This document shows positions 37,601 through 46,101 of a stretch of 64,000 nucleotides of DNA, in pieces (position 1 is the first letter of the stretch; each line of letters starts with the position of its first letter). The DNA lies in assembly GCA_958295715.1 (NCBI GenBank), contig OY282371.1, positions 875,183 to 939,182 of the forward strand, given 5' to 3'. The translations under genes were made by a program, and so were the position numbers. The notes under the pieces were generated by a model that was not told the DNA's origin, made no database searches, and was given only the letters and a program-made list of their open reading frames with translations. The stretch comes from an uncultured Dehalococcoidia bacterium. GTDB lineage: Bacteria > Chloroflexota > Dehalococcoidia > Lucifugimonadales > GCA-2712585.

Positions 37601-40600
37601 CGATGGAGGTGGAACTGAGGGAGAGGGAGACGCCGGTGGGGGCCGAGTCGTCGTCGGTGATGGTGGTGGAGACCGACGTGACCGTTCCCAGGGTTGGGGT
37701 AGGGCCTCCTCCTCCTGAGGGGGAGGAAATGGCGAAGGTGAAGTTCTCGCCTGCGCCTTCGTCAATGACGTCCTGGGTTGTCTGGACCTCCACGGTCTGG
37801 GAACCCGCCGCCGTGCTGGTGAAGGTGAGGGTCCCTGATTTGGCGGTGTAGTCGCCGGCCTTGGCCGTGCCGTGGGCGGTGGCGTAGTTGACGGTGAGGT
37901 CTGATGTGGGGGTGACGCCCGAGGGAGATAGGGAGACGGTGTAGGTGGCCTTGGCCCCCTCGTTGACGGTGCCGGGGCCTGAGAGGTTGACGGTGATGGG
38001 GTCTGAAGCCGAGATGGTGGCGCTGGCGCTGTTGGCCGTTGATAACACGGACACCCGGCTCGACAGGTCGCCCGTCACCGCCCCCAGGGTCACGCTGAAG
38101 TTCTCCGACGTCTCCGAAAGGTCGTCGTCGGTTATGGGTATGCTGATGGTCTCCGTCGTGGAGCCTGCCGCGACGGTCGCGGTCCCGGAGGCCGTCCCGT
38201 AGTCGCTGCTTCCCGCCGTCCCCGCCGTTGCCGACCAGGCCACCGTGACCGCCGCGTTCGCCCTTTTCGACAGGGTGACGGTGAACTCCGCGTTGCTGCC
38301 CTCGGCGACGCTTGAGGATGGGCCTGCGATGGAGAGGGTGGCGGTGTCGGCGTTCGTGGTGTCGCCGGCGGCGGCGTCGGCAAGGGTGATGGCCGCCGCC
38401 TCCACGATGCCCAGGGTCGTGGAGCTGGTGGCGTCAATGATAATCGTCTCGTCGGTCTCCACCACGTCGTCGTTTACGGGGGTGATGGTGAAGGACTGGC
38501 TGGCCACCTCCTGGCGGGCCGGTATCGTTAGGGTTGTGGGCAGGTTATGGGTGTAGTCGTCGGTCACCGTGGCCGTGCCTTCCAGGGTGAAGGTGAGGAC
38601 CAGGGCCGAGTTCAACCCCCCGCCCTGGGGTCTAGCGGACACGCGGTACGACTGCTGCCCGCTGCCCTCGTTTATGGGGGTTGGCCCGGTGACCGCCAGT
38701 TGTACGGTGTCAGGAATCACGTCGTCATCAAGCAGATTGATGGTTGCGGTCTTTGCCAGCGTCTGAGTCAACCCCGTAGCCGCCACCGCTATGTTGATGG
38801 TCTCGGTTGGCTCTACCGTGCCGTCGTCCACGGGGGTGATTCTCAGTTGCCCCGAGATGCTGCCCTGGTTGGCCGGGATGTTCAGAGTGGGAATCGAGGC
38901 GGTGTAGTCCGCCGCCGTCGCGGTGCCTCCGGAGGCTATGGTGAGGGTGACGGGCGTCTCCACCGACCTGACTGCGCCGTTGAGGGACACCTTTACGTTG
39001 ATGGAGGTCTGCCCGCCGTTTTCCGACACGCTGGTGGGGCTGACGTCCAGGCTGATGTCCGTAGACGGCGAGGTGGTGTCAATCAGGCTTATTTCGGGCG
39101 TATTCACCCTGCTGTGATTAGATGCATACAGCCGTATCGTCTCCGCCGATTCGATGATGCTGTCGGCCACAGGGGTGATGGCGATGGTGATCATCCCCGT
39201 CGTGGTGTCCGCCGGTATGATGATAGCGGCGATTTCGCCGAAATTAGATTCGTCTCCTTCAGGGTAGTTCTCCTCAACGGTGAAGTCCGTAGCCCTCACC
39301 GCGGTGCCCGTTGGAATCACGCCGCCGGAGCCGGCTTCTCCGGAGAGCTTTATGCCGAGACGCAAGTCACGCGTTAACGGCAGGCCGTTCTGAACGGCCG
39401 TTATCGTCACCGTGGTCTTCCCATCGTCCTCACGGATGCTGGCGGGGTTAACGCTCAGGGTTATCCTGTCGGCGCCAAAGCCGCACGTCCCGCTGGAGCG
39501 GTTCGTCACGTCGGTGAATCTAGCGGGGAGGTTCTCCAGGGGATTGCCGCAGAGGTGCAGGGTGTTGAAGTCGCTGTTGTCCTCCAACAGTTCCGCCAGC
39601 ATGTTGGAGGGCACCCTTTCGATTCTGTTGGTATGCAGATATACCGATACGAGGAGTCTTCTGCCCTCCGACCTGCCCAGGCCGTGGAAGGTGTTTGCCG
39701 CAATGGAGGGGATTTGGTTGTTGTTCAGGTAGACGTGCTTGAGCTTGTTTTGGCCGCTGAATATCCCCGAGGGCAGCCCTCTAATGCGGTTGTTGTTGAG
39801 GGTCAGCTTATTGGTCACTACTGTCCCGGTGAGCAGGTCCCTGTCCAGGGAGGTGAGAAGGTTGTTATTCAGTCGCAGGGTCTCGATCTCACCGAGGTTT
39901 CTGAACACCCCGGTGGCTATACTGCTTATCCAGTTGCGGTCCAGCTCTATCACTTTCAGGTTGGGGGAGTTGCTGAAGAGCGTGGCGCTGGGCAACGTCC
40001 TAATCTGATTTCCAGTCAAAGTGAGGGTCTCGAGGCTGCTTAGGCCGTTGAACCCGCCGGTGGACAGCGAGGCCAGTCTGTTAGCGGACACGTTCAGAAC
40101 CTTAAGGCCGCTCAGGCCGGTGAACCCGCCGGTGGACAGCGAGGTCATTCTGTTATTAGACAGGTCCAGCCTCTCCAGGTTGCTCAGGCCGGTGAATAAC
40201 CCGCTGGGCAGCGAGGTAATGAGGTTTCTAGATAGATCCAGTTCCTCCAGATTCGGCAGCCCTGTGAAGGACTTCGCCGGCGGGGAGAAGGCCCGGCCGG
40301 TGCCTCTGCCTGCCGCTTGGTTTAGGTCCAGCCTTTTCAGGCTGTTCAGGCCGTGAAACGGGCCCTGCGTCTCACTCCCCACTACCCGCGTGGGCAGCGT
40401 TGTAAACCGGTTATCAGATAGATTGAGAACTTCTAGGGATGTAAGCCCGGAGAATATGCCATCGGGCAGAGTGGTTAGGTCGTTGCCCCCAAGTGCAAGC
40501 CATTCTAGCTCGGTGAGTCCGGAGAATAGGCCCGCGGGCAGGCTTGTGAGATGGCCGTTGTGAAGGTAAATGTGTTCGAGTTTGGGCGAGTGGGCGAATA

Positions 40601-41528
40601 GGCCCGCAGGCACGCTGGTCAGGGCGCCGGCGCGGCCAGCGCCGCCAAAGTTCACCCTCTCCAGCTTGCTGAGGCCCCTGAAGGCGTGTACGTGCACATT
40701 ACCCGCGAGGGCGTTCCTGGCTACGTCGAGAAACGTGATGTTGGTTGCTCCGGCGAAGGCGTCGTTTCGCAGGGCCGTGATGCCGTTGTCTTGCAGCCGC
40801 AACGTGGTCAGGCTGCTCAGGCCGTTGAACAGATTCGCGGGCAGGTCGGTGATGTTGTTGTGCTCCAGCCTCAGGGTTGTAAGCCCGCTCAGGCCCCCGA
40901 AGTCGCCGGCCTTCAGGTTCCCCGTGCCCACTCTTCGCAGGTCCAACTCAGTGATGGCCGAAAGATGGGCGGGTGTGACCTCCGCGCAGTTGCTGACGCC
41001 GGCCATGGTCATCAGCGAGTTGCGCAGCCGCTCCGTGCGGTCGCAAACGCCCTCCTCAATAGTAACGTTGGTGGTCCGCGTGGCAGCCGCCCCCAATAGG
41101 TAGCCGGCGGTGGCCCCGGGGGCGCTCAGCGTTACGGTGAAGAACTCGTGGGCCGCCTCGATGGCGGTGTCGGAGGCGATGCCTATTTGGAAGGAGCCGG
41201 TCCCGCTGCCCGCCGACAGGGTGGCGGTGCGGGAGAGGGTTGAGGATGCAAGGTCGTCGGCGTCAGCCGCCGCGCCGGTGAAGGTCCCGGTGAAGGATAT
41301 GGTGTAGCCGACGCTCAGGGAGCCGGCGGGAACCGGGTTGATGGACAGGTTCACCGAGGCGTTCCCGCCCTCCCGCCCGGCTTGGGTGGAGCTGATGGTG
41401 ACGACGGGCGTGGTCTGCGCCCCGGCGGGCAGCGCGGGGAAAAGTCCTGCCGCCGCGGCCGTGACCGCCGCTATCAGCAGGGCCATCAGCCCCCGCCGCA
41501 GGATGGTATAGGCTATCGGGGACAACAC
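4614..41528 (-). CDS. Giant (12,304 aa) secreted/cell-surface repeat protein: signal peptide, LRR block, ~100 Calx-beta-like domains, Pro/Thr linker, C-terminal TM anchor
   Basis: Single uninterrupted 36,915-nt ORF in the track. The N-terminus [39 protein letters not shown] is signal-peptide-like. Next comes a Calx-beta-like domain (aa ~41-160), then LRRs (LxxLxLxxNxIxxLPxxxFxGL) at aa ~190-690. After that, ~118-aa modules carry the Calx-beta signature (V.EG....F.V.LS....V.V.Y.T..GTA....DY....G.L.F......Q.v.v....D...E..E.F). The protein ends in a 100-aa (T/S/A)P linker and a hydrophobic helix. Confidence 0.9.
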   Translation of the reverse strand: MLSPIAYTILRRGLMALLIAAVTAAAAGLFPALPAGAQTTPVVTISSTQAGREGGNASVNLSINPVPAGSLSVGYTISFTGTFTGAAADADDLASSTLSRTATLSAGSGTGSFQIGIASDTAIEAAHEFFTVTLSAPGATAGYLLGAAATRTTNVTIEEGVCDRTERLRNSLMTMAGVSNCAEVTPAHLSAITELDLRRVGTGNLKAGDFGGLSGLTTLRLEHNNITDLPANLFNGLSSLTTLRLQDNGITALRNDAFAGATNITFLDVARNALAGNVHVHAFRGLSKLERVNFGGAGRAGALTSVPAGLFAHSPKLEHIYLHNGHLTSLPAGLFSGLTELEWLALGGNDLTTLPDGIFSGLTSLEVLNLSDNRFTTLPTRVVGSETQGPFHGLNSLKRLDLNQAAGRGTGRAFSPPAKSFTGLPNLEELDLSRNLITSLPSGLFTGLSNLERLDLSNNRMTSLSTGGFTGLSGLKVLNVSANRLASLSTGGFNGLSSLETLTLTGNQIRTLPSATLFSNSPNLKVIELDRNWISSIATGVFRNLGEIETLRLNNNLLTSLDRDLLTGTVVTNKLTLNNNRIRGLPSGIFSGQNKLKHVYLNNNQIPSIAANTFHGLGRSEGRRLLVSVYLHTNRIERVPSNMLAELLEDNSDFNTLHLCGNPLENLPARFTDVTNRSSGTCGFGADRITLSVNPASIREDDGKTTVTITAVQNGLPLTRDLRLGIKLSGEAGSGGVIPTGTAVRATDFTVEENYPEGDESNFGEIAAIIIPADTTTGMITIAITPVADSIIESAETIRLYASNHSRVNTPEISLIDTTSPSTDISLDVSPTSVSENGGQTSINVKVSLNGAVRSVETPVTLTIASGGTATAADYTASIPTLNIPANQGSISGQLRITPVDDGTVEPTETINIAVAATGLTQTLAKTATINLLDDDVIPDTVQLAVTGPTPINEGSGQQSYRVSARPQGGGLNSALVLTFTLEGTATVTDDYTHNLPTTLTIPARQEVASQSFTITPVNDDVVETDETIIIDATSSTTLGIVEAAAITLADAAAGDTTNADTATLSIAGPSSSVAEGSNAEFTVTLSKRANAAVTVAWSATAGTAGSSDYGTASGTATVAAGSTTETISIPITDDDLSETSENFSVTLGAVTGDLSSRVSVLSTANSASATISASDPITVNLSGPGTVNEGAKATYTVSLSPSGVTPTSDLTVNYATAHGTAKAGDYTAKSGTLTFTSTAAGSQTVEVQTTQDVIDEGAGENFTFAISSPSGGGGPTPTLGTVTSVSTTITDDDSAPTGVSLSLSSTSIGEAAGATNVTVTATLDGSTTRATDTLVTITLAGSASGTTDYSATPANVTISAGSASGTATLAVTPTSDAVVEGDETIIVNGATAAGVGLTVSSATLTITDDDNATISISGPSGAVSEGSNASFTVTLSHAVDAAVSVAWSASAGTAATSDYGSTTSGSVSFTANSAANSTKTFTIATINDNLSETAENFSVALGAVTSTLSARITASSSSASATIAASDPITINLSGPSSVNEGAKATYTVSLSPSGVTPTSNLTVNYATAHGTAKAGDYTAKSGTLTFTSTAAGSQTVEVQTTQDVIDEGAGEAFTFAISSPSGGGGPSPSLASGSSVSTTITDDDSAPTGVSLSLSHTSIGEAAGATNVTVTATLDGSTTRATDTLVTITLAGTASGTADYSATPANVTISAGSDSGTATFAVTPTSDAIVETNETIIVQGTTAAGVGLTVSSATLTITDDDNATLSISGPSANVAEGNNASFTVTLSHAVDAAVSVAWAASADTAVAADYDSTASGSVSFTANSAANSTKTFTVAIINDDLSETSEAFSVALGAITSTLSARVSLSATAASSDVTISASDPITINLSGPSDVNEGAKATYTVSLSPSGVTPTSDLTVNYATAHGTAGADDYTAASGTLTFTSSAAGSQTVEVQTTQDVIDEGAGEAFTFSISSPSGGGGPTPTLGTVTSVSTTITDDDDAPTDISLSLSDTSIGESDSATNLTVTATLDGSTTRATDTLVTVTLAGTASGTDDYAATPANVTISAGDASGTATFAVTPTSDAIVEGNETIIVQGTTTSGVGLTVSSATLTITDDDNATLSISGPSGAVAEGNNASFTVTLSHAVDAAVSVAWAASADTAVAADYDSTSSGSVSFTANSAANSTKTFTVAIVNDDLSETAEAFSVALGAITSTLSARVSLSGTAASSDVTISASDPITVNLSGPGSVNEGAKATYTVSLSPSGVTPTSDLTVSYATAHGTAGADDYTAASGTLTFTSSAPGSQTVEVQTTDDVIDEGAGEAFTFSISGPSGGGGPTPTLGTVTSVSTTITDDDSAPTDVSLSLSSTSIGESDSATNVTVTATLGGSTTRATDTLVTITLAGSASGTTDYAATPANVTISAGDASGTATFAVTPTSDAVVEGNETIIVNGSTASGVGLTVSSATLTITDDDNATLSISGPAASVAEGSNASFTVTLSHAVDAAVSVAWAASADTAVAADYDSTASGSVSFTANSAANSTKTFTVAIINDSLSETSEAFSVALGAITSTLSARVSLSGTAASSDVTISASDPITINLSGPADVNEGAKATYTVSLSPSGVTPTSDLTVNYATAHGTAGASDYTAASGTLTFTNAAPGSQTVEVQTTQDVIDEGAGEGFTFSISSPSGGGGPTPTLGTVTSVSTTITDDDDAPTDVSLSLSSTSIGESDAATNVTVTATLDGSTTRATDTLVTVTLGGTASGTDDYAATPANVTISAGSASGTATFAVTPTSDAIVEANETIIVNGSTASGVGLTVSSATLTITDDDNATLSISGPAANVAEGNNASFTVTLSHAVDAAVSVAWAASADTAATSDYSSTASGSVSFTANSAANSTKTFTVAIVNDDLSETSEAFSVALGAITSTLSARVSLSATAASSDVTISASDPITINLSGPGSVNEGAKATYTVSLSPANVTPTSDLTVNYATAHGTAGAGDYTAASGTLTFTSSAPGSQTVEVQTTQDVIDEGAGEGFTFSISGPSGGGGPTPTLGTVTSVSTTITDDDSAPTDVSLSLSSTSIGEAAGATNITVTATLDGSTTRATDTLVTVTLGGTASGTDDYSATPANVTISAGSSSGTATLAVTPTSDAVVEGNETIIVQGTTASGVGLTVSSATLTITDDDNATLSISGPAANVAEGNNASFTVTLSHAVDASVSVAWAASADTAVAADYGSTSSGSVSFTANSSANSTKTFTVAIINDSLSETSEAFSVALGAITSTLSARVSLSGTAASSDVTISASDPITVNLSGPSSVNEGAKATYTVSLSPSGVTPTSDLTVNYATAHGTAGADDYTAASGTLTFTSSAAGSQTVEVQTTQDVIDEGAGEGFSFSISGPSGGGGPTPTLGTVTSVSTTITDDDDAPTDISLSLSATSIGESDSATNVTITATLDGSTTRATDTLVTITLAGTASGTDDYAATPANVTISAGDASGTATFAVTPTSDAVVEGNETIIVQGTTTSGVGLTVSSATLTITDDDNATLSISGPSANVAEGNNASFTVTLSHAVDAAVSVAWAASADTAVAADYGSTSSGSVSFTANSAANSTKTFTVAIINDSLSETSEAFSVALGAITSTLSARVSLSGTAASSDVTISASDPITINLSGPGSVNEGAKATYTVSLSPSGVTPTSDLTVNYATAHGTAGAGDYTATSGTLTFTNAAPGSQTVEVQTTQDVIDEGAGEAFTFSISGPSGGGGPTPTLGTVTSVSTTITDDDSAPTDVSLSLSDTSIGESDSATNVTVTATLDGSTTRATDTLVTVTLAGTASGTADYSATPANVTISAGDASGTATFAVTPTSDAIVETNETIIVEGSTASGVGLSVSSATLTITDDDNATLSISGPAANVAEGANASFTVTLSHAVDAAVSVAWAASADTAVAADYDSTSSGSVSFTANSAANSTKTFTLAIVNDDLSETSEAFSVALGAITSTLSARVSLSATAASSDVTISASDPITINLSGPGSVNEGAKATYTVSLSPSGVTPTSDLTVNYATAHGTAGAGDYTATSGTLTFTNAAPGSQTVEVQTTGDVIDEGAGEGFTFSVSGPSGGGGPTPTLGTVTSVSTTITDDDDAPTDISLSLSDTSIGESDSATNLTVTATLDGSTTRATDTLVTITLGGTASGTDDYSATPANVTISAGSASGTVTFAVTPTSDAIVEGNETIIVQGTTASSVGLTVSSATLTITDDDNATLSISGPSANVAEGNNASFTVTLSHAVDAAVSVAWAASADTAVAADYDSTSSGSVSFTANSAANSTKTFTVAIINDDLSETSEDFSVALGAITSTLSARVSLSATAASSDVTISASDPITINLSGPGSVNEGAKATYTVSLSPSGVTPTSDLTVNYATAHGAAGAGDYTAASGTLTFTNAAPGSQTVEVQTTQDVIDEGAGEGFTFSISSPSGGGGPTPTLGTVTSVSTTITDDDSAPTDVSLSLSSTSIGESDSATNLTVTATLDGSTTRATDTLVTVTLAGTASGTDDYAATPANVTISAGSASGTVTFAVTPTSDAIVEGNESIIVQGTTASSVGLTVSSATLTITDDDNATLSISGPSANVAEGNNASFTVTLSHAVDAAVSVAWSASADTAVAADYGSTASGSVSFTANSAAGATKSFTVAIVNDSLSETAEAFSVALGAITSTLSARVSLSGTAASSDVTISASDPITVNLSGPSSVNEGAKATYTVSLSPSGVTPTSDLTVNYATAHGTAGAGDYTAASGTLTFTNAAPGSQTVEVQTTDDVIDEGAGEAFTFSTSGPSGGGGPTPTLGTVTSVSTTITDDDSAPTDISLSLSSTSIGESDAATNLTVTATLDGSTTRATDTLVTVTLGGTASGTDDYAATPANVTISAGSASGTATFAVTPTSDAIVETNETIIVKGSTASGVGLSVSSATLTITDDDNATLSISGPAANVAEGANASFTVTLSHAVDAAVAVAWAASTDTAVAADYDSTSSGSVSFTANSAAGATKTFTVAIINDSLSETSEAFSVALGAITSTLSARVSLSATAASSDVTISASDPITVNLSGPSDVNEGAKATYTVSLSPSGVTPTSDLTVSYATAHGTAGAGDYTAASGTLTFTNAAPGSQTVEVQTTQDVIDEGAGEGFSFSISGPSGGGGPSPTLGTVTSVSTTITDDDDAPTDISLSLSSTSIGESDAATNLTVTATLDGSTTRATDTLVTVTLAGTASGTDDYSATPANVTISAGDASGTATLAVTPTSDAIVEGNETIIVEGSTASGVGLSVSSATLTITDDDNATLSISGPSANVAEGSNASFTVTLSHAVDAAVSVAWAASADTAVAADYGSTASGSVSFTANSAAGATKTFTVAIVNDDLSETSEAFSVALGAITSTLSARVSLSATAASSDVTISASDPITVNLSGPSSVNEGAKATYTVSLSPSGVTPTSNLTVSYATAHGTAGAGDYTAASGTLTFTNAAPGSQTVEVQTTQDVIDEGAGEGFTFSISGPSGGGGPSPTLGTVTSVSTTITDDDSAPTDVSLSLSSTSIGESDSATNVTVTATLDGSTTRATDTLVTVTLGGTASGTADYSATPANVTISAGDASGTATLAVTPTSDAVVEANETIIVQGTTASGVGLTVSSATLTITDDDNATLSISGPSASVAEGSNASFTVTLSHAVDAAVSVAWAASADTAVAADYDSTSSGSVSFTANSAANSTKTFTVAIVNDSLSETSEAFSVALGAITSTLSARVSLSGTAASSDVTISASDPITINLSGPGSVNEGAKATYTVSLSPSGVTPTSDLTVNYATAHGTAGAGDYTAASGTLTFTNAAPGSQTVEVQTTQDVIDEGAGEGFTFSISGPSGGGGPSPTLGSVTSVSTTITDDDSAPTDVSLSLSSTSIGESDAATNLTVTATLDGSTTRATDTLVTVTLGGTASGTDDYAATPANVTISAGSASGTATFAVTPTSDAIVEGNETIIVNGATASGVGLSVSSATLTITDDDNATLSISGPAANVAEGNNASFTVTLSHAVDAAVSVAWAASADTAVAADYGSTSSGSVSFTANSAANSTKTFTVAIINDDLSETAEAFSVALGAITSTLSARVSLSGTAASSDVTISASDPITINLSGPSDVNEGAKATYTVSLSPSGVTPTSDLTVNYATAHGTAGAGDYTAASGTLTFTNAAPGSQTVEVQTTDDVIDEGAGEGFTFSISSPSGGGGPTPTLGTVTSVSTTITDDDDAPTDISLSLSATSIGESDAATNLTVTATLDGSTTRATDTLVTVTLGGTASGTDDYAATPANVTISAGDASGTATFAVTPTSDAVVEGNETIIVEGSTASGVGLSVSSATLTITDDDNATLSISGPSANVAEGNNASFTVTLSHAVDAAVSVAWAASADTAVAADYDSTSSGSVSFTANSAANSTKTFTVAIVNDSLSETSEAFSVALGAITSTLSARVSLSATAASSDVTISASDPITVNLSGPGSVNEGAKATYTVSLSPSGVTPTSDLTVNYATAHGTAGAGDYTAASGTLTFTNAAAGSQTVEVQTTQDVIDEGAGEAFTFAISSPSGGGGPSPSLASGSSVSTTITDDDSAPTSVSLSLSHTSIGEADSATNVTVTATLDGSTTRATDTLVTITLGGTASGTDDYAATPANVTISAGDASGTATFAVTPTSDAIVEGNETIIVQGTTTSGVGLTVSSATLTITDDDNATLSISGPAANVAEGNNASFTVTLSHAVDAAVSVAWAASADTAVAADYDSTSSGSVSFTANSAAGATKTFTVAIVNDDLSETSEAFSVALGAITSTLSARVSLSGTAASSDVTISASDPITINLSGPSDVNEGAKATYTVSLSPSGVTPTSDLTVNYATAHGTAGAGDYTAASGTLTFTNAAPGSQTVEVQTTQDVIDEGAGEGFTFSISGPSGGGGPSPSLGTVTSVSTTITDDDDAPTDISLSLSHTSIGESDSATDVTVTATLDGSTTRATDTLVTITLGGTASGTADYAATPANVTISAGSASGTVTFAVTPTSDAVVEGNETIIVQGTTTSGVGLTVSSATLTITDDDNATLSISGPSANVAEGNNASFTVTLSHAVDAAVAVAWSASADTAVAADYDSTASGSVSFTANSSANSTKTFTVAIINDDLSETSEAFSVALGAITSTLSARVSLSGTAASSDVTISASDPITVNLSGPADVNEGAKATYTVSLSPSGVTPTSDLTVNYATAHGTAGADDYTAASGTLTFTSSAAGSQTVEVQTTQDVIDEGAGEAFSFSISGPSGGGGPSPTLGTVTSVSTTITDDDSAPTDVSLSLSSTSIGESDSATNLTVTATLDGSTTRATDTLVTVTLAGTASGTDDYAATPANVTISAGDASGTATFAVTPTSDAVVEGNETIIVQGTTTSGVGLTVSSATLTITDDDNATLSISGPAANVAEGNNASFTVTLSHAVDAAVSVAWAASADTAATSDYSSTASGSVSFTANSAAGVTKTFTVAIVNDDLSETSEAFSVALGAITSTLSARVSLSATAASSDVTISASDPITINLSGPSDVNEGAKATYTVSLSPSGVTPTSDLTVNYATAHGTAGAGDYTAASGTLTFTNAAPGSQTVEVQTTQDVIDEGAGEGFSFSISGPSGGGGPSPTLGTVTSVSTTITDDDDAPTDVSLSLSSTSIGESDSATDVTVTATLDGSTTRATDTLVTVTLGGTASGTDDYSATPANVTISAGSASGTVTFAVTPTSDAVVEGNETIIVQGTTTSGVGLTVSSATLTITDDDNATLSISGPSSSVAEGNNASFTVTLSHAVDAAVSVAWAASADTAVAADYGSTASGSVSFTANSSANSTKTFTVAIINDDLSETSEAFSVAIGAITSTLSARVSLSATAASSDVTISASDPITVNLSGPSDVNEGAKATYTVSLSPSGVTPTSDLTVNYATAHGTAGAGDYTAASGTLTFTSSAAGSQTVEVQTTQDVIDEGAGEGFTFSTSSPSGGGGPTPTLGTVTSVSTTITDDDDAPTDISLSLSATSIGESDSATNVTVTATLNGATTRATDTLVTVTLAGTASGTDDYSATPANVTISAGDASGTATFAVTPTSDAIVEGNETIIVEGSTASGVGLSVSSATLTLTDDDNATLSISGPSANVAEGNNASFTVTLSHAVDAAVSVAWAASADTAVAADYGSTASGSISFTANSAANSTKTFTVAIVNDSLSETAEAFSVALGAITSTLSARVSLSATAASSDVTISASDPITVNLSGPSSVNEGAKATYTVSLSPSGVTPTSDLTVNYATAHGTAGAGDYTAASGTLTFTNAAPGSQTVEVQTTQDVIDEGAGEGFSFSISSPSGGGGPTPTLGTVTSVSTTITDDDDAPTDISLSLSSTSIGESDSATNLTVTATLDGSTTRATDTLVTITLAGTASGTTDYSATPANVTISAGSASGTATFAVTPTSDAIVEGNESIIVEGSTASGVGLSVSSATLTITDDDNATLSISGPAANVAEGSNASFTVTLSHAVDAAVSVAWAASADTAVAADYDSTSSGSVSFTANSAANSTKTFTVAIVNDSLSETSEAFSVALGAITSTLSARVSLSVTAASSDVTISASDPITINLSGPSDVNEGAKATYTVSLSPSGVTPTSDLTVNYATAHGTAGADDYTAASGTLTFTNAAPGSQTVEVQTTQDVIDEGAGEGFSFSISGPSGGGGPSPTLGTVTSVSTTITDDDDAPTDISLSLSHTSIGESDSATNVTVTATLDGSTTRATDTLVTVTLGGTASGTDDYSATPANVTISAGDASGTATFAVTPTSDAIVEGNETIIVQGTTDSSVGLSVSSATLTITDDDNATLSISGPAANVAEGNNASFTVTLSHAVDASVSVAWSASADTAVAADYDSTSSGSVSFTANSAAGATKTFTVAIVNDSLSETSEAFSVALGAITSTLSARVSLSGTAASSDVTISASDPITINLSGPSDVNEGAKATYTVSLSPSGVTPTSDLTVSYATAHGTAGAGDYTAASGTLTFTNAAPGSQTVDVQTTQDVIDEGAGEGFTFSISSPSGGGGPTPTLGTITSVSTTITDDDSAPTDVSLSLSSTSIGEAAAATNVTVTATLDGSTTRATDTLVTVTLGGTASATDDYSATPANVTISAGSASGTVTLAVTPTSDAIVEADETIIVNGSTTSGVGLTVSSATLSITDDDNATLSISGPSANVAEGANASFTVTLSHAVDAAVSVAWAASADTAVAADYDSTASGSVSFTANSAAGATKTFTVAIVNDDLSETSEDFSVALGAITSTLSARVSLSATAASSDVTIAASDPITINLSGPSDVNEGAKATYTVSLSPSGVTPTSNLTVNYATAHGTAGADDYTAASGTLTFTNAAPGSQTVEVQTTQDVIDEGAGEAFTFSISGPSGGGGPTPTLGTVTSVSTTITDDDDAPTDISLSLSSTSIGESDAATNLTVTATLDGSTTRATDTLVTVTLAGTASGTDDYSATPANVTISAGSASGTATFAVTPTSDAVVEGNETIIVQGTTASSVGLTVSSATLTITDDDNATLSISGPAANVAEGNNASFTVTLSHAVDAAVSVAWAASADTAVAADYSSTASGSVSFTANSSANSTKTFTVAIVNDSLSETAEAFSVALGAITSTLSARVSLSATAASSDVTISASDPITVNLSGPSDVNEGAKATYTVSLSPSGVTPTSDLTVNYATAHGTAGAGDYTAASGTLTFTNAAPGSQTVEVQTTQDVIDEGAGEGFTFSISGPSGGGGPTPTLGTVTSVSTTITDDDDAPTDISLSLSHTAIGESDSATNLTVTATLDGSTTRATDTLVTITLAGTASGTDDYAATPANVTISAGSASGTVTFAVTPTSDAIVEGNETIIVQGTTASSVGLSVSSATLTITDDDNATLSISGPAANVAEGNNASFTVTLSHAVDAAVSVAWAASADTAVAADYDSTSSGSVSFTANSAANSTKTFTVAIVNDDLSETSEDFSVALGAITSTLSARVSLSGMAASSDVTISASDPITVNLSGPSDVNEGAKATYTVSLSPSGVTPTSNLTVSYATAHGTAGSNDYTAASGTLTFTNAAAGSQTVEVQTTQDVIDEGAGEGFSFSISGPSGGGGPTPTLGTVTSVSTTITDDDDAPTDISLSLSDTSIGESDAATNLTVTATLDGSTTRATDTLVTVTLGGTASGTDDYAATPANVTISAGDASGTATFAVTPTSDAIVEGNETIIVQGTTASGVGLSVSSATLTITDDDNATLSISGPAANVAEGNNASFTVTLSHAVDAAVSVAWAASADTAVAADYDSTASGSVSFTANSAANSTKTFTVAIINDDLSETSEDFSVALGAITSTLSARVSLSATAASSDVTIAASDPITINLSGPSDVNEGAKATYTVSLSPSGVTPTSDLTVNYATAHGTAGADDYTAKSGTLTFTNAAPGSQTVEVQTTDDVIDEGAGEAFTFSISGPSGGGGPTPTLGTVTSVSTTITDDDSAPTDVSLSLSSTSIGESDSATNLTVTATLDGSTTRATDTLVTVTLGGTASGTADYSATPANVTISAGDASGTATFAVTPTSDAVVEGNETIIVQGTTTSGVGLSVSSATLTITDDDNATLSISGPSANVAEGNNASFTVTLSHAVDAAVSVAWAASADTAVAADYDSTSSGSVSFTANSAANSTKTFTVAIVNDDLSETSEAFSVALGAITSTLSARVSLSATAASSDVTISASDPITVNLSGPSSVNEGAKATYTVSLSPSGVTPTSDLTVNYATAHGTAGAGDYTAKSGTLTFTNAASGSQTVEVQTTQDVIDEGAGEGFSFSISSPSGGGGPTPTLGTVTSVSTTITDDDSAPTDVSLSLSSTSIGESDSATNVTVTATLDGSTTRATDTLVTVTLGGTASGTDDYAATPANVTISAGDASGTATFAVTPTSDAIVEGNETIIVQGTTTSGVGLTVSSATLTITDDDNATLSISGPSANVAEGNNASFTVTLSHAVDAAVSVAWAASADTAVAADYDSTSSGSVSFTANSAANSTKTFTVAIVNDDLSETSEAFSVALGAITSTLSARVSLSATAASSDVTISASDPITVNLSGPSSVNEGAKATYTVSLSPSGVTPTSDLTVSYATAHGTAYASDYTAASGTLTFTSSAAGSQTVEVQTTDDVIDEGAGEGFTFSISGPSGGGGPSPSLGSVTSVSTTITDDDSAPSDVSLSLSHASIGESDSATNLTVTATLDGSTTRATDTLVTITLAGTASGTDDYSATPANVTISAGSASGTATLAVTPTSDAVVEGNESIIVEGSTASGVGLSVSSATLSLTDDDNATLSISGPAANVAEGASASFTVTLSHAVDAAVSVAWSASAGTAVAADYGTGSGSVSFTANSAAGATKTFTISITDDSLSEASESFSVALGSITSTLSARVSVSASTGSASVTITDDDAAPTDVTLSVDTATLAEGDAATNVTVTATLGGDTTRATDTSVSISLSGTATLGDDYTATPTDITISAGMSSGSATFAITPIDDATVEGNETIVVDGSTPAGAGLTVSSATITLSDNDGDATPTGITLSVNPTSIGESDAATNVTVTATLGGADYTATSIPVTISLGGTATLGDDYTATTTAITISAGASSGSGAFTITPIDDSLVEGNETIVVEGSTASGLAVSSATVTLNDNDGDATPTGITLSAHPTSINESDGATTVTVIATLSGADYAATTTAITITYSGTATLGADYNATTTAIIISAGTSSATSTLTFIPIDDDEAEGTETIVIGGYTTPDAGLTISPAIIILTDNDAPDDPPDPPRPRPPEIPHLSDGYLPGLTLSPGRQSVAEGQAASFTITLSHKVDGKVTVAWSATAGTASASDYGAASGSVTFAANSRQSATKSFSISITDDNLSEPVERFTVALGKVTNASSEDIAVFTNPVTVTIGPSDPVTLRVSGSESVDEGNVAIYTVSLSPAGVIPTADLTVSYATADGTATAGDDYTTAAGTLTFTSAAAGPKTVEVQTTDDEIDEGTGEDFTFAISIPRGGGGAPPALGDVRSVTTTIADDDDPVITLSVDPAALFESDGATDVTVTATLDGETTRDEDTLVTISFSGTATPGADYFGAAANVTIGATESSGAAILMVTPIDDAISEGTETILVEGSSAGFSVTAATITLTDAQPAPTPTPTPTPAPTPSPTPAPTPTPAPTPTPSPTPTATPTPTPTPTPSPTPTATPTPTPTAAPSPTPTATPTPTPTATPSPTPTAAPTPTPTATPTISPAPEEPDGFSPLFLATVVTLGVAGTAALTAGAVFAWKLGLIRFI
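4641..4715 (-). other. C-terminal transmembrane anchor of the giant protein ([25 protein letters not shown], followed by KLGLIRFI)
   Basis: The last 44 aa are [44 protein letters not shown]. This is a short polar motif, a 25-aa hydrophobic stretch and a short basic tail. Confidence 0.7.
4749..5048 (-). repeat. Low-complexity Pro/Thr-linker coding repeat (100 aa of [14 protein letters not shown]...)
   Basis: Seen in both the translation and the DNA (ggcgtgggggatggcgt/ggagttggcgtggc-type short degenerate repeats). Its antisense gives the spurious GVGV-rich ORF 4573-5220. Confidence 0.9.
7230..38345 (-). repeat. Intragenic tandem array: 29 full copies plus 1 partial copy of a 1062-bp (354-aa, three Calx-beta-like modules) unit
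   Basis: Homologous landmarks recur with exact 1062-nt spacing: 7495, 8557, 11743, 12805, 14929, 15991, 17053, 20239, 24487, 25549 ... 38293, which equals 7495+29x1062. Copies are similar but not identical. A hand alignment of 60 nt at 8557 versus 9619 gives 53/60 identical, many differences being synonymous. Boundaries are approximate. Confidence 0.9.
39530..40960 (-). other. Leucine-rich-repeat (LRR) block of the giant protein, ~20 repeats of ~24 aa
   Basis: The translation shows repeated L(T/S)xLxLxxNxI(T/S)xLPxGLFxGLxxL. Examples are [38 protein letters not shown] and [38 protein letters not shown]. Coordinates are approximate. Confidence 0.85.
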
Positions 41529-41653
41529 GGCCTTACGGAGCCACCGGCCCCGCTAGCGACTCCGATTTCGTCACCCAAAATCCGCTGCGTCTTCTCCAAG
41601 TTGCGACTTTCTGCGTTGTTCTGGCTGAAATCCGGCGCGCGTTCGGGAAAATC

Positions 41654-41671
41654 GGGGGGGGGGGGGGGGGG
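41654..41671. repeat. Homopolymer G18 (C18 on the giant-gene strand), 126 nt upstream of the giant gene start
   Basis: Direct count in the sequence: atc + 18 g + tagaattc. Confidence 0.95.
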
Positions 41672-42013
41672 TAGAATTCAAGGCCCACAGCGTATGCCGG
41701 CCCTGTTCTTTGGCAAGCCGCGGCTCGCCGCTCATGGGGTTGCTCTCACCGGGAATCCGGCGTCAGACGCAGGTAATCCACCGGTCCTAGACAGGCGCGA
41801 ATTCCGCGCCCGTTGAGGGGCCGGCTCAAACCTCAGCAAAGGCTTACACCGGTTCCACGACCGTGAAACTTGTATTTACACCTCTTGCATGTAACACCTT
41901 TTGAAAATGCGTTGATATGATACTCTAATTAACGCCCGGCGCCAATGCTAGGAGGCCGTTCGCCAAGGCCGGCGGCCGGGGCCGTTGGAACCGCCATGCC
42001 GGTTCAGCCCTCA

Positions 42014-42043
42014 TTGACATAACGGAGGGCGCCGCCGTAATAT
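42014..42043 (+). promoter_or_regulatory. Candidate sigma70-type promoter of the DUF805 gene (TTGACA-18 nt-TAATAT)
   Basis: TTGACA is at 42014-42019 and TAATAT at 42038-42043, ~40 nt upstream of the ATG at 42084. AAGAGGTGG precedes the start as a Shine-Dalgarno. Motif match only. Confidence 0.4.
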
Positions 42044-42083
42044 CCAGCCGCGCCGCGCAAATCCACACTCTAAGAGGTGGGAA

Positions 42084-42650
42084 ATGACAACTGCCCCAAT
42101 GGTGACCCCGGTTGAAGCCGTCGCGCAGGGGTTCCGCAAGTACGTCGATTTTAGCGGGCGGGCAACCCGAGCCGAATTCTGGTGGTGGATTCTCTTCACC
42201 GTCCTTGGCGGCGCCGTTTTCTGGGGCATTGACACCCTCATCGGTTGGGGTTCCTACCTTGAGACCCTGTTCAGCCTGGCAACACTGCTGCCGAGCTTGG
42301 CTGTTACCGCCCGCCGTCTGCATGACATCGACAAGTCCGGCTGGTGGCAATTGGGATGGTATGCCATCGTCATAACCGCCTGGCTGGTCGCCGGCGTGAT
42401 GTTCCTGATTGCCGTAGTCATGAAGTACGGCGCCAGAGACGCTCAGGGCGGGTGGGATTTTGACGCGGATACTGTTGATTGGGCAAACTCATCGGAGGCC
42501 TTTGCCTCCTTCCCGCCGGCTGCAATCGTGTTTTTTGCGGCGATAGCCATAACGTTGGCCCTCACCGTCTGGGCGATAGTCTGGCTGGCGCGGCGGGGTG
42601 AATCGGGCCAAAACCGTTTCGGCGCCGACCCGAGAAATATAGAACGCTAA
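42084..42650 (+). CDS. DUF805 family inner-membrane protein (YhaH/YhaI-like), 188 aa
   Basis: ORF track. Hallmark DUF805 motifs are present: GRATRAEFWWW and ARRLHDIDKSGWW, with several hydrophobic helices. Confidence 0.85.
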   Translation: MTTAPMVTPVEAVAQGFRKYVDFSGRATRAEFWWWILFTVLGGAVFWGIDTLIGWGSYLETLFSLATLLPSLAVTARRLHDIDKSGWWQLGWYAIVITAWLVAGVMFLIAVVMKYGARDAQGGWDFDADTVDWANSSEAFASFPPAAIVFFAAIAITLALTVWAIVWLARRGESGQNRFGADPRNIER

Positions 42651-42732
42651 GCCCCTCGCGGCGGCTTCAAGGGAGGCTCAGCCGTTCTCGCCGGCCCTCG
42701 CCCCGAACGCCGGGCGGTCAGCGAGACTCGCG

Positions 42733-42796
42733 CCGCAGCCCTCTGTACGGCGGCTTGCGGGTGGCGCTAACCTTGAGGCAAAGCTTTGAGGCGGCT
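42733..42796. repeat. Direct repeat copy 1 (64 bp, 63/64 identical to 51212-51275); imperfect similarity extends left to ~42676
   Basis: The repeat is CCGCAGCCCTCT(G/A)TACGGCGGCTTGCGGGTGGCGCTAACCTTGAGGCAAAGCTTTGAGGCGGCT. It also explains the identical MRVALTLRQSFEAA starts of track ORFs 42755 and 51234. Confidence 0.9.
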
Positions 42797-43274
42797 AGGA
42801 ACTCGTCGGTCAGCCTCGGAATGCGGCTATCGCATACTCCATACCTATGCCGACGGACTCTCCCATGGGGAGAGGGCGTGTCAACGGGGGGCTTATACAC
42901 ATCTTCCCTACAGGTGATGAGAGTTCGCCGTTATTTGCTTAGGCTTGTCATCTTCTACGTGAAGAAGCGGAACCGATAAGGCGCGTGTCTCAAGTCGGCA
43001 TTCGCTTGACTATTCGGGCGAGGACCTTTCGCATAGGCTAAAGTGACGGGTAGGTTTGCCTTACAAGGAAGCATTGACCCGGTTCATTGCTCATTGACAT
43101 AACGAGCGCTCAGTTCAGGGGATGGCGAGTTCCTAAGACTGGCAGGGTTCCGCTCTCAAATTACCCTACGCTCTGCTTTCAATGCGCTCAACCGCGCGTC
43201 GGATTTTGCCAAGCTCGAAAAGGCACTTCTTGCGCTGTTCGGAATCCATCTGCTTCATATCGGGGATCAGGTTT

Positions 43275-44168
43275 TTATCTAGCAGTTGTTTTTTTGAATT
43301 GCCTAAAGCGGTTGAGCCACGTGTTGTCGACGCCACGGTCCCTAGCGCTCTCGAACGCTCTTTCAAATGTTCCTTCACCGGACATCAGAATCTTGATTGG
43401 TTGAGGACCTGCTTTAGGCACATTGAGCACCTTAACCAGTTTTTCCCTGACATCCATTGCCGTTCTTATCTCGCCGCCTTTGATCTTCCTCACGACGACC
43501 TTATCCAAGTCTGGGTTTTCTTGGCGAGTCTTCTTTACAGCGTTGGGCCTCAAATACTCGTCGTAGTAGCTCCACCTGTTCACATCGTTCTCGTTATGAT
43601 CGACCATGAATTTGTATGTGCTAACGAGGTGACTCACCGACCGAGGTGAAAGACCCATTTCTTTAGCCATGTCTTGAACGCTGACGCCGTGCTTGATATT
43701 GCGCCGGTAGAGGTAGCCCGCTTGCTCATATGGAGCCCAGTCTTTTCTTCCTATGATGTGGTACTCACCAAGTAGCGCGAACACGAGCTTCTCGCTTATA
43801 TCGGCAGGAAGCAGTCGAACTTTTGCCTTGCCCCACCTAACGGCATCAAGCCTAGCGAGCTCACGATACGCAGCGAGTCTGCTATTCCCCTCAAGCACTA
43901 CAAGGTCCCCATCCCTCACCAACATAGGGTCTGTCAGTCCGCCGTTTGCTCTTATTGACTGGATGAGTTGCTTAACGTGATCCATTCTCTTGAGCCGGCT
44001 GTGAATCTCATCTTGAGACGGCACATCATCATGCCTCTGGATAAATGAGTAAATCCTCGGGTTGTCGGGATAGAAATTCAGATCAACGACTGGGAGGTAA
44101 CCACTCCTGACCGGCACCTCTTTACCCCCAAGCGTAAGAGAGTCGTTGCCCCACGTAGAATCAGACAT
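43275..44168 (-). CDS. ParB/Srx-superfamily (ParB N-terminal nuclease/NTPase-like) protein, paralog B, ~297 aa
   Basis: Track ORF 43275-44339, trimmed to the ATG at 44168 (MSDSTWGND...) with GGGAGC upstream. This start lies 20 nt after the SNF2 stop, whereas the longer ORF would overlap SNF2 by 150 nt. ParB-like core: FYPDNPRI...GGLTDPMLVRDGDLVVLEGNSRLAAYRELA. It shares KDWAPYEQAGYL with paralog A (REWDPYSKAKYL). Confidence 0.7.
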   Translation of the reverse strand: MSDSTWGNDSLTLGGKEVPVRSGYLPVVDLNFYPDNPRIYSFIQRHDDVPSQDEIHSRLKRMDHVKQLIQSIRANGGLTDPMLVRDGDLVVLEGNSRLAAYRELARLDAVRWGKAKVRLLPADISEKLVFALLGEYHIIGRKDWAPYEQAGYLYRRNIKHGVSVQDMAKEMGLSPRSVSHLVSTYKFMVDHNENDVNRWSYYDEYLRPNAVKKTRQENPDLDKVVVRKIKGGEIRTAMDVREKLVKVLNVPKAGPQPIKILMSGEGTFERAFESARDRGVDNTWLNRFRQFKKTTAR

Positions 44169-44188
44169 TATCCATGCTCCCGATAGTT

Positions 44189-45658
44189 CTATGCATCCAG
44201 TATAGCTCGCAAGATGCCTCCGAATTCGTAGGACATCTCCCTTTGGTATGTCTCCCTGTCGATGTCGCCCTGTGCCAACTGCGCTGCGATTCGTTTCGAG
44301 TGAAGCAGCGCCTCGATCCATTCGTCTATCGAGTCGCACATAATCAGATTATGAACGTGGCATACCCTGTTCTGCGATATCCGATGGATCCTGTCCTGTG
44401 CCTGGAGATAATCGTCTAGGCTAAACAGTCGGTCGTAGAAGATGGCGTGGTTCGCAACGGTCAGTGTCAGACCTTCCTTGGCTGAGCCTGGAGTGGCAAT
44501 GAAGACCTTGGCGCTTGGCTCATTGCGAAAGGTGCGAATCGCCAAGGTCTGCTCCATTGTGCTCAACATACCGTGGACCAACTGCGGATTATGCCAGCGC
44601 AGGATTTTCCCAAGCCACTCCACGTTGTCGACAAAAGATGTCCAGACTATGCACTTTCCCCCATTCCTAACTATAGATGCGACCAACTCAAGCAAAGTCT
44701 CCAACTTGCCGGGCTCAACGTGGTAGCTCGAGTCAATTAGCCTTGGGTTCGATGTCACCTGCACCAACCTGAGCAGGCGCTTCAATACCACGTCCGATTC
44801 GTCGGCCATGAGTTGACCGTCCTGGAAGACGATGGCTCGCAAAGACTCCCTGACCTGTCTATACATTTCTAATTGACGAGGTTCCCATTCCGTCCCCACG
44901 GAGTGAACGACTTTCTCAGGAAGGCTTATCTCGGCGCTTGCCTTGGTTTCCCTCACGGCAAATCCCGATATGGAGTGGAAAATGCGCTGAAGCTGAAGTT
45001 CCAGAGTCTGCTGGCGGGTCTCAGCGCCGGCCATGTCGTTCGACAGGTTCACGGACCTTTTGAATTCTCCGAAATCGACTCCAAGAGACGCGCCGTTGTC
45101 AAGGAACTTGATCTGCGCCCAGATATCGTGCGGGCGATTGGAAACAGGGGTTCCTGACATAATCACTCGCTTGGTGAAGAAAGGCCCCAGCTCCAAGAAT
45201 GTCCTGGTAAGAGCAGAATCGGGATTCTTGATCTTGGTTGACTCATCAAGGATCACCCCGACATTTCTGGTTCGGAGGAACAGGCGCATTCGCTCCTTCT
45301 CAGCTTTCACAGCTTCGTAGTGAGCGAGCATGACCCGGGCGGGGCTGTTGAAGACATAGAAGTTCTCGTTACGGTTGTTGGTCAGCACGCGGGGCGCCAG
45401 TTGAGAGTGAAAAGCGAGTTCAGTCTGCCAGTTGTCCAGGAGTCCCTTCTTGACAACGATCAGGGCGGTATCCAGATGACGATAGGACAGCCAGTGAACT
45501 ATGAGGTCTATTGCAACCTTCGTCTTGCCCAATCCCTGCTCATGGAAGATCGCTGCATACTCGAGATTTTTTACGGCGTTGACAGCTTCGAACTGGTATG
45601 CAAATGCCTGGCGCTTCAGGGTGAGGTCAGGCTCTCTCTTCAATGTCAGTTTCTGCAA
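44189..45658 (-). CDS. SNF2-family (SF2) helicase/translocase, compact 489 aa
   Basis: ORF track. Motif I is HEQGLGKT, motif II is VILDESTKIKN, motif III is MSGTPVSN. The C-lobe carries LTLTVANHAIFYD and motif VI QAQDRIHRISQ. Its start overlaps the upstream gene end by 13 nt. Confidence 0.85.
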   Translation of the reverse strand: MQKLTLKREPDLTLKRQAFAYQFEAVNAVKNLEYAAIFHEQGLGKTKVAIDLIVHWLSYRHLDTALIVVKKGLLDNWQTELAFHSQLAPRVLTNNRNENFYVFNSPARVMLAHYEAVKAEKERMRLFLRTRNVGVILDESTKIKNPDSALTRTFLELGPFFTKRVIMSGTPVSNRPHDIWAQIKFLDNGASLGVDFGEFKRSVNLSNDMAGAETRQQTLELQLQRIFHSISGFAVRETKASAEISLPEKVVHSVGTEWEPRQLEMYRQVRESLRAIVFQDGQLMADESDVVLKRLLRLVQVTSNPRLIDSSYHVEPGKLETLLELVASIVRNGGKCIVWTSFVDNVEWLGKILRWHNPQLVHGMLSTMEQTLAIRTFRNEPSAKVFIATPGSAKEGLTLTVANHAIFYDRLFSLDDYLQAQDRIHRISQNRVCHVHNLIMCDSIDEWIEALLHSKRIAAQLAQGDIDRETYQREMSYEFGGILRAILDA

Positions 45659-46101
45659 TGGGTCAACCTTCTTGACTGGTTTGCTGTATCCAGCCCGTCT
45701 ACCTCGGACAGCACAACGGTTTCAACGTGAGACATTCCCGACCTGGCTTGAAGGCTCGTGAGAAGCGCCCTGGCAAGTCGCTCAACAGACCAGGGAACCG
45801 CCAGTATGAATGCCGAGCCTTCGGCCATCCCGCATCTTCTGAGGAATTCAGTGACCTGTGCCTCTGTATGTGAATTCTCCAGATCTCTCAGACTCTTGGC
45901 TTCGCCAATGACGACTCTTCCCAGTTCGTTGAGCAAGACATACACGTCCGGCACATACCCTGCTATGGGTGGTGGGCGTGTACGCGATTCACTACTTATG
46001 GAGTCGGCAAAGATGCGAGCTCTTTTACCATCGCAGAATCTATTCGCGATGTAGCTGTGAAGCATAGCAACCAGGCTTGAGTGCTCCTCTGATTCAGGCA
46101 C
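45646..46101 (-). CDS. Small PD-(D/E)xK-fold nuclease candidate, 151 aa
   Basis: ORF track. The motif GYVPDVYVLLNELGRVVIGEAKS gives P51-D52 ... E67-A68-K69 in a beta-beta context, with acidic residues in the N-terminal helix (PESEEHSSLV). There is an 8-nt overlap with the upstream gene and a 13-nt overlap with the downstream gene. Confidence 0.55.
   Translation of the reverse strand: MPESEEHSSLVAMLHSYIANRFCDGKRARIFADSISSESRTRPPPIAGYVPDVYVLLNELGRVVIGEAKSLRDLENSHTEAQVTEFLRRCGMAEGSAFILAVPWSVERLARALLTSLQARSGMSHVETVVLSEVDGLDTANQSRRLTHCRN

Noticed and set aside
7230-38345. Whether the regular 1062-bp periodicity could be a CRISPR array or non-coding satellite
   Set aside because: The units are contiguous with no spacers, are 1 kb long and keep one open reading frame throughout. 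They translate into recognisable Calx-beta-like modules, so this is an intragenic coding repeat.
5233-38556. Dozens of plus-strand ORFs of 85-121 aa recurring every 1062 nt (for example 8557-8814, 8845-9183, 9277-9546), plus minus-strand off-frame Pro/Ser/Thr-rich ORFs
   Set aside because: They lie antisense or out of frame inside the giant minus-strand ORF. Their periodicity only mirrors the 1062-bp repeat. Their composition (V/A/E/S/T/P-rich) is what a GC-rich gene gives in alternative frames. They have no independent ribosome-binding sites or domain signatures.
41382-41816. 144-aa plus-strand ORF spanning the poly-G tract
   Set aside because: It starts inside the giant gene's 5' end on the opposite strand and crosses the homopolymer (GGGGGG run). 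It is Arg/Gly-rich with no RBS or domain, most likely non-coding intergenic sequence.
42676-43274. Possible structured RNA gene (RNase P RNA, tmRNA) or integrase remnant in the non-coding left arm of the island and in the repeat
   Set aside because: I found none of the conserved RNase P (GAGGAAAGUCCGGGC, ACAGAACCCGGCUUA) or tmRNA (tRNA-like 3' end, tag ORF) elements. No translated frame resembles a tyrosine or serine recombinase. Only short hairpins are present (for example CTCTCCC-ATG-GGGAGAG at ~42857-42875).
43275-44339. The longer 354-aa version of the last operon gene starting at 44339
   Set aside because: It would overlap the SNF2 gene by 150 nt with an Arg-rich, non-conserved N-terminus. 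The ATG at 44168, with an upstream GGGAGC and 20 nt after the SNF2 stop, fits the operon spacing better.
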